Below the pieces are notes generated by a model. That model did no database searches. It was given only the letters and a program-made list of their open reading frames with translations, and was not told where the DNA came from. A DNA stretch of 64,000 bases. Source: Adineta vaga. Lineage: Eukaryota; Animalia; Rotifera. This document shows positions 13,001-25,269 of this stretch, one piece after another. The DNA is taken from NCBI GenBank assembly GCA_021613535.1, contig CP075497.1, forward strand, positions 4,216,001-4,280,000, read 5' to 3'. A program made the position numbers and the translations under genes. Position 1 is the first letter of the stretch. Every line of letters starts with the position of its first letter.

Positions 13001-16000
13001 AGACTATTGTATGATCGAATATTTCCTAGATTTCTTTCTTCTCTCACTTTATTGCCAGCTATTAATTCATTCGCTTCTAATGGTTTCCACAAATCGATTG
13101 CTGCTTTTCTCGCTATTTCATTTGTATCTTCAATTAATGCTTGTGTATCAAATTGTTTTCCAATTGTTTCATTAATATGATCCATTAAACGTTGTGTTGT
13201 TGGTTTTTTTGCATGAGTTGTTCTTGCCATTGCTGGCCAAAGTTTTTCAATCATCGACCATGAATGTTTTGTTGGTAAAAAGAATGATTGATTTCCAAGA
13301 AGAATATAAAGACAACCTTTGATTTGATCATGATCAGCTTCACCTGGACTATTCAGTAATTCAATGATTCGATCGACAATGACTTGATAAGAAAATAAAT
13401 AACGATTAAGAACAGAAAATAAATAACCCTGTGCATCACGTCGAACCTTGATAATTAAAGACAAAATAATAAACAAATTCGTTGACAGAGAAACACTTAC
13501 TTCACCGTATCGATTTATTGATAATTCGAATAATTTAAGAATAACTTGTCTATCAATTTCAGTTAATGATTGAAAATTACTTAGAGAAAATTGCTAAAAA
13601 TAATCGAAAATGTCTTTCTTAATGAATCAATTTCACTAAATTGTTCTTTACTTCGCATTGTAATGTCATTCGTTCAATCATTAAGAAACGTGGATATTGT
13701 CGTTCACCATATAGTTTATTAATAAAAGAATTTTTTGCTGCTTCAAAATGTTTTTGTAACTTTTCTGCATCATGTTTAAACACACCATAATAGATTGATG
13801 ATAAGGAATAGATCTATTTTCCAAATGTAAGAAATTTTGTTATAATATATGAAAAGAAATAGAAACATACTTTCAATGCAGTTTTCATCGAGGATGCATC
13901 ATCCGAATGATTTTCAACCAGAATATCTAGACGGTACAAGAATGAATATGTCTAGTTATATTTCTTCTATCGTTCGAAACTTACCAAGTAAATTTCCAAT
14001 ATCAGTTAAAAGACGCATTCTCAAGTTTTCTTTGAATTCTGAAGAAAAATACAATCTATAGAGAAGAGCTAATTCTTTTCTTTAATCGATATACTTGGTT
14101 CTTTTGCATAGATTGAATATTGTGCTTGATATTTAGAACCATATGGAGCAACGGATGGAACACTGAAAAATCCATTGAATTTATAGATCAAACAAATGAA
14201 TTATCAATAATTTCTTACAGATTTTCTATTTCTTTACTATCAATACGTGGTACCATTCTTAAACATCCAATTGTCATATAGTGAACAAGTGTAAGTGATC
14301 TTAATCGTTCATCATTCGACATTTTGGAGCATTTTTCATTCAATAATTGTAATTCAGGATATATAAATGTTTCAACAAATTCACATGCAAAATCAACTTC
14401 CTCTGCATTCGGAACATGAAATTGAACTTGTAGATCATCAAATTCAACATGTTGACCCCATGCCTACAATAAAACAGTCAATTTCACAGCACTCTCATCT
14501 AAGAAACAAGATCAACATACGCGAATGGGAAGAAAATCAGTAAATGGTTCTTCGATGTTTTCGGTAGTTAAACGATATTCAGTTGGATATACGTAAGATA
14601 ATGATTTCAGTAGATTTTTTGCAGCATTTGCTACAGCTTCATGAGTTTCTTTATGAATAATACGAACACATCGATGAAATACAGAAACAATCATTGATTT
14701 GTAAATGGACAAAGTATCACCACGAGCACGAACCAATTCAGAAAATAATGTTAAACACCAAGTTAGTTCTGTATCTCCTTTATGATCAGTTAATATTGTT
14801 GTTTCTGAATGACTCATGATTTTTTCAATACGTTCACACGTTTGTGGTAGAAGACATTTGAGTGTTTCTTCTGGTTTACCTTTGAGAATAGCTCGTACAA
14901 GGCCAGTAACAAGTTTACCAACTTTTGGAGTGAAAAATGAACCAGCAAGAAAATTTGAGATCTTTTCTCGTACCATCTAAATAAATATTTTATAATATAA
15001 TGAATTTGATCGATTTTTATTGACTAATTTATTTACTTGAAAGATTTTGTCACTACATTGTTGAACAATACCAAACATCATCGATGTTAATGCTAATTCG
15101 GTCACATGATCTTCGACATTAATCTTTGATATAACAACAACAGCATCCGACATTTCTGTAGATAATGTATCAATCAGTTGAAAAGTTCGATTTAGAAATT
15201 CACTGATGAAATCTTCAAATTTCGCTGTTGACAAACATACTTCTTTCTCAATCTATTATTAAAAACAACAGTTTGTATCACTCAGTTCAATTTTCATCTG
15301 ATGGTAATCTTACTTCAGTGAGATCATTTCGAGTATGTACAGCTGATGAACAATCGACACATGTGACAAGCATCAGAATAGCATTGAGAAACTGAAATGT
15401 GACTGCTGTCTTTTTGAAATCATTCGAATCGATGCCTGGTAGTACAGACATCAATAATGGTAGAACATAGGTTTGACCTTGTGAAAAATGAGGTGTTTGT
15501 CGAACGATTTGACGAGCTATACTCGCTAAACATGTCATAATAGACGTAAATCGATGTGGTTCACTGATACTATCAATTGATGAAAAGAGTCTAAATTAAA
15601 TTCAAAATAAATGATATTAAGTGTTTAAGTGAAAGATTAATAACAAACTTTTCAACGATAGGTGGAACAATTAATTCAGGCCGAAGCATTGACAAATATT
15701 GGCAAGCTTTCGCAGCTTCTTTCAATTGAGTTTTTGTAAAAATTGCGATAAATGCACATTCTTTCACACAATTAACAAAATCTGTTATATTTTGTTCTGT
15801 CAATCGATAAGATTCAGGTGGTGTAAAATACCAGATTGGATTTGCTTTACGTTCTCTAAATAAAGCAATACAATTAATTTATCGAAAGATTCTTCTTTGC
15901 TTACAAATGAACCCGATCGACCAATGCTTGTGATAATTTCGAAAGAAAACTAATTAACTCTTGTTGAAATTTTCCCGTATTTGATGGATGATAAAAGCTT

Positions 16001-17267
16001 TTGATAGCTGTAAATAAATCTTGTAAATATTGTAAGCATGTACTACCATTTCCTAACATAGCTACAATCCATGTTGTAACACTTGACATCGAATAACGAT
16101 ATTGTTGAAGTGAAACTTGAAGTTTACCAACTGGTAGAGTAAAACTTTTCAATATTCGAGTAAAAATCTATTTAAAAATTGAATAGTTTATAAACAAAAA
16201 AAGTTATGATTTAATTGAAATACTCGTGGTAGCCAAGGTTCCCAATCAATATAACCAATATTACACCATGCTAACAAGGAGAACAAATTGATCATATTCT
16301 AGAAAGAATCATATTTTGCATCCGAAACATGATCAGTCAAGTTATATTTACTAGTTCCCATGATGGATTACTGTAAATACTTTCCCAAATACCCATGAAT
16401 TCAGTTAACCATAATCTATAATCAAAATAAATATGAAATTTTCGTAAATAAACTTTGTCATTTCTTACTTATATCCTTGATCATGTAATTCTGGTGGTAA
16501 ATGAACTGGTAAGAATATTTCAAATATTCTCATTGTATCCGAAAAAGCTGAATCAAATGGACATAAATATGGTCGAAATTCATCGAGAATTTCTTGTGTT
16601 GATGTTGCTGAAAAATAGGGTCGAGATCCTCGTATACAATAGAATAAAGAATTTTCAATATCACTTGAGAAAAAAGAAGAACATGAAACAGATTAAGATG
16701 ATGAAAAAGTAAACAAAACGAACTTCGGTAATGAAACTAATGAGTATGGTTCGTCATGATTGTGAAGAATGATTTTTGCCCATTTGTATAATTCACGCCA
16801 ATCGATAACTATATCAGCACGTGTGATCAGACGTGTTTTTCTAGACAAAATAGAATATTATTATGAAAATTTTAGTTTAAAACATATGAAAGCAAACCTC
16901 ATCAAATCATAGAGCATATCAAAGCACGTTTTGACATGCGAAAAATCCAAATCATTTATGGAAAGAACTGATAAATACAAATGAATTAATTTAATATGAT
17001 CTGTTTTCGTAAAATTGAGACCATAAAGAGCAATAAAACGTTGTAGTTTCGATGACCAATGTGAAAATCCAGGTCTTAATTCTCGTAATTGAATAATACG
17101 TGACAAATTCTCTTTGATTTCTTCGAATAAATCATAACCTGTTGTTTAACTGAATCATAAAAAGGTAAATATTTATTGAAAATATTTGGTTTTTGAAGAT
17201 TATCCTCAGATGTATCCATTTCGTCGACATCTGTACTGCGTTCACTTTCAATCTGTTGATCGTCCAT
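10021..17267 (-). CDS. PSME4: Proteasome activator complex subunit 4 (PA200/Blm10), copy B, multi-exon, with an apparent 1-nt deletion frameshift near 17140
   Basis: Same exon series as copy A; C-term ...[11 protein letters not shown] (TGA 10021-10023). Exon 1 reads KQQ and must then change frame to give [24 protein letters not shown] (copy A: [27 protein letters not shown]). Confidence 0.9.
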
Positions 17268-17947
17268 CTAAATAAAATATGAGAATAAATTTGTCAATTA
17301 TTCAGTCAATTCAATTTCATCAAGGTTTACAATACGAAGAGATTTTTTTGTTTTCTTTTTGTATTATGTAAGAGAAAAATGATTATTTGCCAGTATTAAT
17401 CGAATAACAAATAAGGATAAAGAAAATTTGAACTAACTAATACAAAAAAAAACTAAACAAATGAAGGACGATAAAAATTTATGCATTATCATCAAAAGAT
17501 AAATTTATATTTTGAACGTGGTTGATCAAAAAGGATCCATTGACTCAGCAATATCTGGCCTCTTCTGTTCTATTCAAATACATCATCGTGCGACATCTAT
17601 TTCTTCAGAAAGATTTTTCTTCTACGTCAAGTACGTGAGAAGACAGAAGAAGTTTAGGATAGAAGCGGTTTCGATCAATGGTATGGTTTTAAGACCTTTA
17701 TTTATTTTCCAGAATTGAAATACAATCATATGTGAATATGGATTTTTATCAATGATGTAAGTAGCAAAGCTTAGATCGTAATTGAATGCTTATACAATGT
17801 AGTAAAATAGCGTATCCATGCTATCGGACATTCAGATATATCGAATTTTTCAAGATTTATAATTAGACAAAGAGAATTTATAGTGTATCAATCTGTGAAA
17901 CTTAGCATTCTATTTAAAAATAAACATATTTAATTGAAACTTCTAAA

Positions 17948-18107
17948 TGGCCTGCGCGAACGCAAGCCAGCGTCAAGAAATTAGCGGATCTCTTCTATTC
18001 ATGTGAATAGAAAGCGTACGTCAGCCGTAGACCGATGTGCAATGGCCAGACCTTCACACGGCGGATCGAAGTTCTTGATCCTCGAAACCGCATCCGAAAG
18101 TAAGTAT
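17948..18107 (-). ncRNA. U1: U1 snRNA variant with altered 5' end (AUACUUACUUU)
   Basis: The minus strand begins AUACUUACUUU. Helix CGGAU/AUCCG; SL1 loop GAUCAAGAAC; SL2 loop AUUGCACAUC; SL3 UUCUAUUC-ACAU-GAAUAGAA; Sm-like AAUUUCUUG; SL4 UGGCUUGCG-UUCG-CGCAGGCCA. Length 160 nt. Confidence 0.9.
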
Positions 18108-18355
18108 GATTATTATTCTATTTTCTTCACCTAATATATTAACTTCAAATGCAAAACAAAATCGGTGAAAATTCTGTAGTCATCTGATAAACAAATGACA
18201 AGAAATCAGCGACAAATGTTTGAAAGAACGAACGAAAGAAGACTATGAATCACATGGAAGAACAGAGGAAAAAAGGAAACTGATAGCAAACATTTACTGC
18301 GAAATTTGTGCATAGTTACTTATTATATAATAATGAGTGAAGCGAGTTCATAAGC
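18108..18355. promoter_or_regulatory. 248-bp bidirectional snRNA promoter region with PSE-like elements
   Basis: On its own strand each U1 gene has a T-rich motif ending in TGCA at about -47 to -43, then an ATATA tract, then GTGAAG at about -23 to -14. The minus copy has TCACCG, resembling the start of the vertebrate PSE. Confidence 0.5.
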
Positions 18356-18516
18356 ATACTTACCTGCCACAGGAACTTCCTTGAACAAGAAGAAGGAAGC
18401 CCCTGGCGGAGGCCCTGTCATTGCACTCCGACAGCGCTAAAGCCAGCGAAAGGTTCACATAGAACCTTCTCGAGTGGATCATTTTTCCCAACGGATCGAG
18501 CGTTCGCGCTTGATCC
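18356..18516 (+). ncRNA. U1: U1 snRNA with canonical 5' end (AUACUUACCUG) and divergent body
   Basis: AUACUUACCUG; helix CCAC/GUGG; SL1 CUUCCUU-GAACAAGAAG-AAGGAAG; SL2 CUGUC-AUUGCACUCC-GACAG (U1A site); SL3 AAGGUUC-ACAUA-GAACCUU; Sm-like AUUUUUC; SL4 GGAUCGAGCG-UUCG-CGCUUGAUCC. Length 161 nt. Confidence 0.92.
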
Positions 18517-18957
18517 TATCCTTTCAAATCCATGATAAAATTAATAGAGATTTTATATATTCGTTTCCCTTTCTCATTTTCAAATATAATATACAATCAC
18601 TAATGCAAAATACACATTTATATTACATAAAAAAATGACAAAATCTGATAACTTTCTTCCAAACTATATAAAATTCATGCAGAATATATATATTTTTCAA
18701 AATCAATAAAACAAAGATAAATATTTTGCAAACAGAAATAACAAATATAAGAAGATAAAGAGATTGAATCTTTTCATTTCTAAGCGATAGTATGTAACAG
18801 GATCAACCATATCATAATCACTAGTATTTTATTGTAGTTTTTTTTACAATGTATTCAAATATGCGATATCGTATATGAAAGATAAGTAAAACAAGATCGA
18901 TTGTTTTTAATTCGTATCGAATGAAATATTCAGTATATGGTTGGTTGATTGATTGAA

Positions 18958-19878
18958 TTATCGAACCGTATTACTGTTTGTATTCGTTACTGTTTCTTGA
19001 CGTCGTGCCAAGAAAATAGTAATAGCGTCACCAGTTAACAATAGAAATGCTACAAGTCCTAGAATCTATATAGAAATGAATTGAGAATATTTCTAATTCA
19101 TCTTCTTGTTTGAATACTTACTCCACCAGCAACTTGACCTGGAATACGACAATAATGAATTGTGATACTTGATGCAATCTAATCATACATAAAAGAAATA
19201 GTAAAATATCAAAACAAAATATTTTATTTTGATCATACCAAAAGATAGAGTGCATCATGAGACGTTGCAAAGAAATCCTGTGAATAAACATTACACAATC
19301 AATATATTGACAAGCGTCGAAAACACAGAAGCTCTTGTTAATCTATTGACTCGAACTGATGATGTTTCATACGTATTTGTGGACAAACAATCATACTAAC
19401 ACTACTATTCTTTTCGTCTTTGCTTTGTTGACTCTCGACGCGTCGGCTGATCAATGCATTATATAATTTCAATAGAATAATATACTTACAAGAAATTCAA
19501 AATCAATACCAGGAAATTTTGCTTGTAAACGAAAAATAAAAATGATTATAATTATAACTTGCATTAGAATAACTAGCCATGTTACAGTTGCAAGAAATAC
19601 ATGTGTACCATTACATTGTGGTGTTGATACCAAACAGATAAATGCAATTAAACAAATTAACTATGGAAGAAAAGAGAAGAAAAGAAATACTTGATCTGTT
19701 GTAAAATTCGATTTCAATATGTCTATCATCATTAGTGTTCACTTACTAAACAAATAAACTTGAGAATACCACGAATTGAAGTCAAGTACGCTTTGTCGAA
19801 ACGAGTTTCAGATTCTCTTGACGGTGTTGTACCATATTCTGTTGTCGAATGATTTGATGATGTATTCTGTGCATTCAT
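18958..19878 (-). CDS. MARVEL-domain (CMTM/CKLF/plasmolipin-like) four-TM protein, about 5 exons
   Basis: Spliced translation MNAQN...FDKAYLTSIRGILKFICL/LICLIAFICL...FLATVTWLVILMQVIIIIIFIFRLQAKFPGIDFEFL/DFFATSHDALYLL/IASSI...AGG/ILGLVAFLLLTGDAI. The YLxSxxGILK start and four hydrophobic helices are typical of MARVEL. Confidence 0.75.
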
Positions 19879-21233
19879 ATTTAGTAACGATTATTATGAT
19901 CACTACTTTGTCAGTGTAGTCTATCAGCTGAAAAAAGAAACGAATATGTCCATAATAATTTGTTTTGTCTCTCTCTCTCTCTGTTTCTCTTTCTCTCTTC
20001 TGTCGTTCTTTCGTTTCGATCATTTACGAACGAGAGGAGACATGTATTGTCTTCTTCCTACTCTCTTTCTTCTTTTTATCGAACTTATCTGGCATCACTG
20101 GTATACATACTAAACAAGAGAAGAAATGAGAGAATATACAATGATGTGCTCTGTTTATGCGACACGATACGAAAAAAAAGAAGCACAGGAACAAGTTAGA
20201 CGATCGCGATTTGCAAAAAAAGAATGAACAAATATACATAGACATTCGAGGTCGTTGACATCTATGTCTTGAAATAAAGAACAAAATTAATGATTGTTTT
20301 TCCAATAGTATGATTTATTTCTTATCATATATGAAGAGGATCATGCGAAGTCACAGCTGTTATATTAAGTCCAAGTCGAGACAGATGGTTCACGATAAAA
20401 TGATTATTGAAAAGAAGTCATGTTATCTTCGTATATTTTGACAAAAAAGAAAAACACATACAGAAGTGAGAAATTCAGCATGGAAACTGAATAAGACTGC
20501 AGCCTTTTGCCCAACTATTGAGTTCATGCATATTACAACGCGTATACTGTGTAATCGAAGACTTTCAATAGACTATATTGCATTTTATTTCACCTTTTGA
20601 TAAAAATCACTTTTTTCGATGAGATCATGACTGATATTTTTCTTGATAAGAAAAACAGATATCTATACACAAAATTGAAATATCACCGTGCATATTTAAT
20701 ATCATCAGCTGCCCCCGATAGATTCAATTATTATTCTTTTTGTTTAGCATATTAATAGACACGTGCACCAGACAAATAGAAGTATTCTATTGATCAGTCG
20801 TCGATTTCAGAGACATACTAATTACGAAGTCTTCTTCGTTGTCATTTACAAAATAATTATGAATATTGTTCTGATAAGAAGTATATATTGAATAATGACA
20901 AAAGAAAAAAGAAATGAAAAAAGAAGACAAAAAAATAGAAGTTATTTTCAAGTGCATTTCCAACCACGAATATAAGATATTAAAAACACATAAGAACATC
21001 AAATACAACAATTGACAAGAGAGTACAGAAGCCAAAGCTTTGTTTTGTTGATTTTCTTTCTTTTTGTTACAATAAAGATAATCATCTAGGACAAATAACA
21101 ATCGAAGTACACATATACAAACAAACATGAGATGGAAGACATATCGAGAGAAATATCTTGGAATGTAATCTACTAAGTAGATTCGGATTGTTCATCAAAA
21201 CACGAAAAAAGCAACTAAAAATCGATCGAAATA

Positions 21234-24200
21234 TTAGACAGTTTGTAATGCTGAACAAAGTGTTGTTGGAATTGAATTTGATTGTCGCAATGCTGCACAC
21301 AAAGATGATGATGATGAAGATGACGATGAGGATGAAGAACTTGAAAATGTGGGCGAAGAATTGGATGAAGATAGAGGTGATGATGTCACTTGTGGTATGG
21401 ACATCGCAGGTGATATTGGTTGAGTACATGTTAAACCTTCAAAATGACGAAAGATCAATGCTACATAATACATCACACGTTCCCAATCAGGCCATTCTGA
21501 TGCACACATTTCTTCTACATCCTAAGAAAGAAAAAGGAAACTTTTCTTCTTTGATGATTGCATGACATTTATTATTTACCAATATTGATACAATTCCAAC
21601 ACTACTTGCAACATTGAAAGCAATTTCGAAACGTTTTTTCTAAAAATAAGTAAGAGAACAATCATATAAATCTATATTTATATAAATTAGTTTTCTTTAC
21701 TTTAGATTCATTTTTAACTATTTCAAGATCAATACAATCAGGTAGATATGAATGCAATAATGAACAGAATGCAATACCATCTATCCATGAATTCGAAAAA
21801 TTTGTTATTGAAATTCCCTAAAATAATCTTCAATTTAACAACTTCTATTCACATAATATGATATCTTACATAATTAGCTAATTTTTCTCCACACCATTTC
21901 AATAAAGCATCACGTTTACAAACACTTCCTGGCATTCGAGCAAAGACTGCTTCAACAATTGATTTCATTTCATCATATTGTTCACTAGAAATATATATGT
22001 ACTATCAATGTGATCGTTTGGTTTTTATTTTTATTCTTACTTTGTAATTGATCGAAGTGTTGTATCTGTACGATGACTATTATTCAAACAATTTGCTGAT
22101 GGTGATGTACTATGTTTTGTTGTTGATGATAGAAGTTTTGCATCATCTGTAGTTGTACCAAATTGTCGTTGGTGATTATTTGTTAAAATAGCATTCGTTT
22201 CTGTACGTGTACATGGTTGAGATAAAGGACGTTGACGAACAGGAGATTCCATAGGAGTATTTAATGAACCTAAAGTATACAGATAAATGTTTAATGAAAT
22301 AGTTTCATTAGGAATAAATCTTACCATTTCGAGAATTAGCTTCCAGTGTTCGAATCATTTCTTTAATTCTTAGATGACCGAAATCTATTGATGAACGAAT
22401 AGTATGAGAATATAAATAAATCTATGTTTCTTTTCCTTACCACAAAATCCATTTGTACTATTTCGATTTGTTGGAGGTAATTGCATCTAAAGAAATCAAA
22501 TAACATTAGATTTATATGAACAACTAGGTGTAAAAATTCGTTATTTTGTAAACAGATGTTCTAAACTCGAAAAAAGATAATCTCGATCATTTACCTGTCT
22601 TCGTTGAACTTCTTTATTAATTGCTTTTTCTTGTTCAATATGTTCTGTAACACGTTTTAAATCATCTGTTGCTTTACTCAATCGATCTTCCGCATCTAAA
22701 ATCGAACATTAGAAATCTGCTTGTTATAATTTCAATAGAAAAATCTTCAATACCATGTCGCATTTCACTTGCTACTCGTACAGCAATCAACATATCAGCT
22801 AATGTTTCATCTTTTTCTACAGTTACTACTTCAAGTTGTTTTTTCGTATCAGCTAATTTCTTTTCTACTTCATCAATTTGTGTTGATAATAAAGAATTTT
22901 TCTCTCGATATTCGGCAATTTTTTCTTCATAATCATCTTCTTTATCAATCAATGCTTTTTCTAATCGACGATTTTCTTCAATTAATTCTCCACAACGTAT
23001 TGATGCTAAAGCTTTATCTTTAATAACTTCTTCAATTTTCATTTCTAATTCATTAATATGTTGTTTTAAATCGTGAATTTCTTTTTCATGTTTATCATCA
23101 ATTGTACGTTGATTTTGTTGTAGAGTTTGATTTTGTTTTTGAGCATATTTTAATGATTCATCTAATGTTGCAATCTTTGTTTCATGTTCATAACGTTGTG
23201 TACGTAATTTATCTTGCATAGTTTGTAATTCAAGATCTGCTAATGATTTTAATTTTGAACAATCTTCAACCTGAACAGAAAAATCGAATTTAAAATAGTT
23301 CTTTTCTTTATCTTTATCTTTACTTTTTTTCGTTCAGTTTCAATTTGTATTTTTAATTTTTGATTATCTTGTTCAAAACGTTCACAAAATTTCTTCATTT
23401 CATTACATTCATTAATTAAACGTTCATTTTCATCTGATTTCTTTTCGAATTTTATCTTCGAACATAAAACATTATCACGCATTTTTGCTGCATCACCTTC
23501 ATAATATTTCAATTGTTCTTCTAATTTTTGAATACGTTCGTGATTTTGTCGCTAAAACGAAATTTTATGTGTTATTTGAGACATATTCAGTAGATTGCTT
23601 ATTGTACCTGTTGACTTAATAAATCATCACGTTCTTCTTGAGATTCTTGTAACAGAGATAAGAGTTTCTTTTCGTCGTTACTGTGGTCTTGTTCTGAAAT
23701 ATATAAACAAAATTTTTTATTGTATATGATAAGAGTGTAATGTTAGAAGAGATGAATGTGTCTTTGAGAGGATTTATCTGTTACATTATTTACCATTTCT
23801 TATCATTTGCTCCATTTGTTCATTCTTTTGTTTTAGATTACGTAATTCATTCGAACGTTCATCAACAATAAAGCACAACTGATCACGATCCTTCTTGCCG
23901 TTCATCAATTGTTGTTCCTGCTGTTTGATTATTGCCTGTATAGCACACAAACATAAAAGAGAAAAAAAAACGAGAATGAGAATAAGTATAGATTAACACT
24001 TGTAGTATGATTGTAGGGTGTATGAGTGAGTACGTGATGGTGAAGACAAAAGAAAAATACGATAAATAAATAAAAGGCAAAAATGTTTCGATTTTTTTTA
24101 TCTCAAAATTTTACCTGACAATCATTGAGTTCTCGTAAAATCGCTTGAATCTTTTCATTTTTCGATAATGATTCATCCGTTAAGGCTTTTAATTGTTGTT

Positions 24201-24700
24201 GTTGAGCATGATGATCATGTTGATTTAATTGTAATGGTGGTGTTTGAGTTTGAATGGAATTCGTTAGAATTCGACGTTTAACTGATTGACATTGTTGAGT
24301 TACGGATTGTTCATCAAAAAGTATTGTAGGTGTACGTTTATTTATTGAAGCATTCGGTCGTAAAACTGGTGGAAATGATGACGTCGATGACGGTGAAGTG
24401 TTATTGTTATTATTATTGTTAGTATTTGATTTTTGTTGTCGTTGTTTCTCATGTTTTACTTCGATTTCAATTTCACTCTTATGACGGACTTCAGCACGAG
24501 AGGTAGGTACTGAACCAGAAAAATTCGTTGATTTAATGATCGAATTACTTGATTCGGAACTACTTGGAGTAAGAAGAGAATTATTGGGAGGTGTATTTGG
24601 TGCTAGAAAAAGAAAAGTAAACAATAAATAAATAGAAATCGATTGAAAAATGAATATCATTCTATTTGTGAAATCTAATCTATTCTTTACCTTGATTCAT
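21234..24700 (-). CDS. SPECC1L: Cytospin-A/SPECC1L-like coiled-coil plus C-terminal calponin-homology protein (proximal start MNQ at 24700; further first exons up to 30117)
   Basis: Long coiled coil including ADMLIAVRVASEMR. CH domain KRDALLKWC...ITNFSNSWIDGIAFCSLLHSYLPD...FEIAFNVASSVGI...PDWERVMYYVALIFRHFE, which is the cytospin/smoothelin-type CH. Confidence 0.75.
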
Positions 24701-25151
24701 TTCTTTTTATCTGTACTTATTTATATTTACAAATCTTTCACCTTGCGTTTATCGTCTTTTCTCTTCTTTTTTTTTTCTTAAAGTAAAATGAATTTGCTTT
24801 TCTTTTCTTCTTCTTCATCTCTTTTCTCTTCTTTTTTTTTAATTTATAACACAAATGGGTAGTTGTGACCTTCAAAATATATGAGATGACTTTTAACATG
24901 ATGAAAAATGAATAAGTTATATAAAGCTTTTTTATGATCAATTGCCAAGGGAAAACGTATTCATCCGAGGAAATCGGATGTTTTCTGATCGCATGATCTT
25001 TTGTCAAGTGATTTCGAATATGTCTATAGAGAAAACAATTGAAAAAAATAAATAAAACGCTCGAAGTTGTAGACAATCTATAATTGAAAAATATCGATTT
25101 GATATAGATTTCTAGTCCGATAACTCAACTCTTTGTTCTATTACTCTTTAC

Positions 25152-25269
25152 CGTCTTCTTGTTGTTGTCGTTTAATTTCATGCCATGTTATTGTAGACGG
25201 ATATCTTTCACGTCTTATCGGTATCCATATATAAGGTTGTAATGAACAATAATTTGTAATCGTCATCAT
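25152..25269 (-). CDS. Candidate alternative first coding exon of the cytospin-like gene (MMTITNYC...QQED, phase 1)
   Basis: ATG-initiated open frame of 118 nt (39 codons + 1) ending G|GTAAAG; phase matches the acceptor at 24602. Confidence 0.5.
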
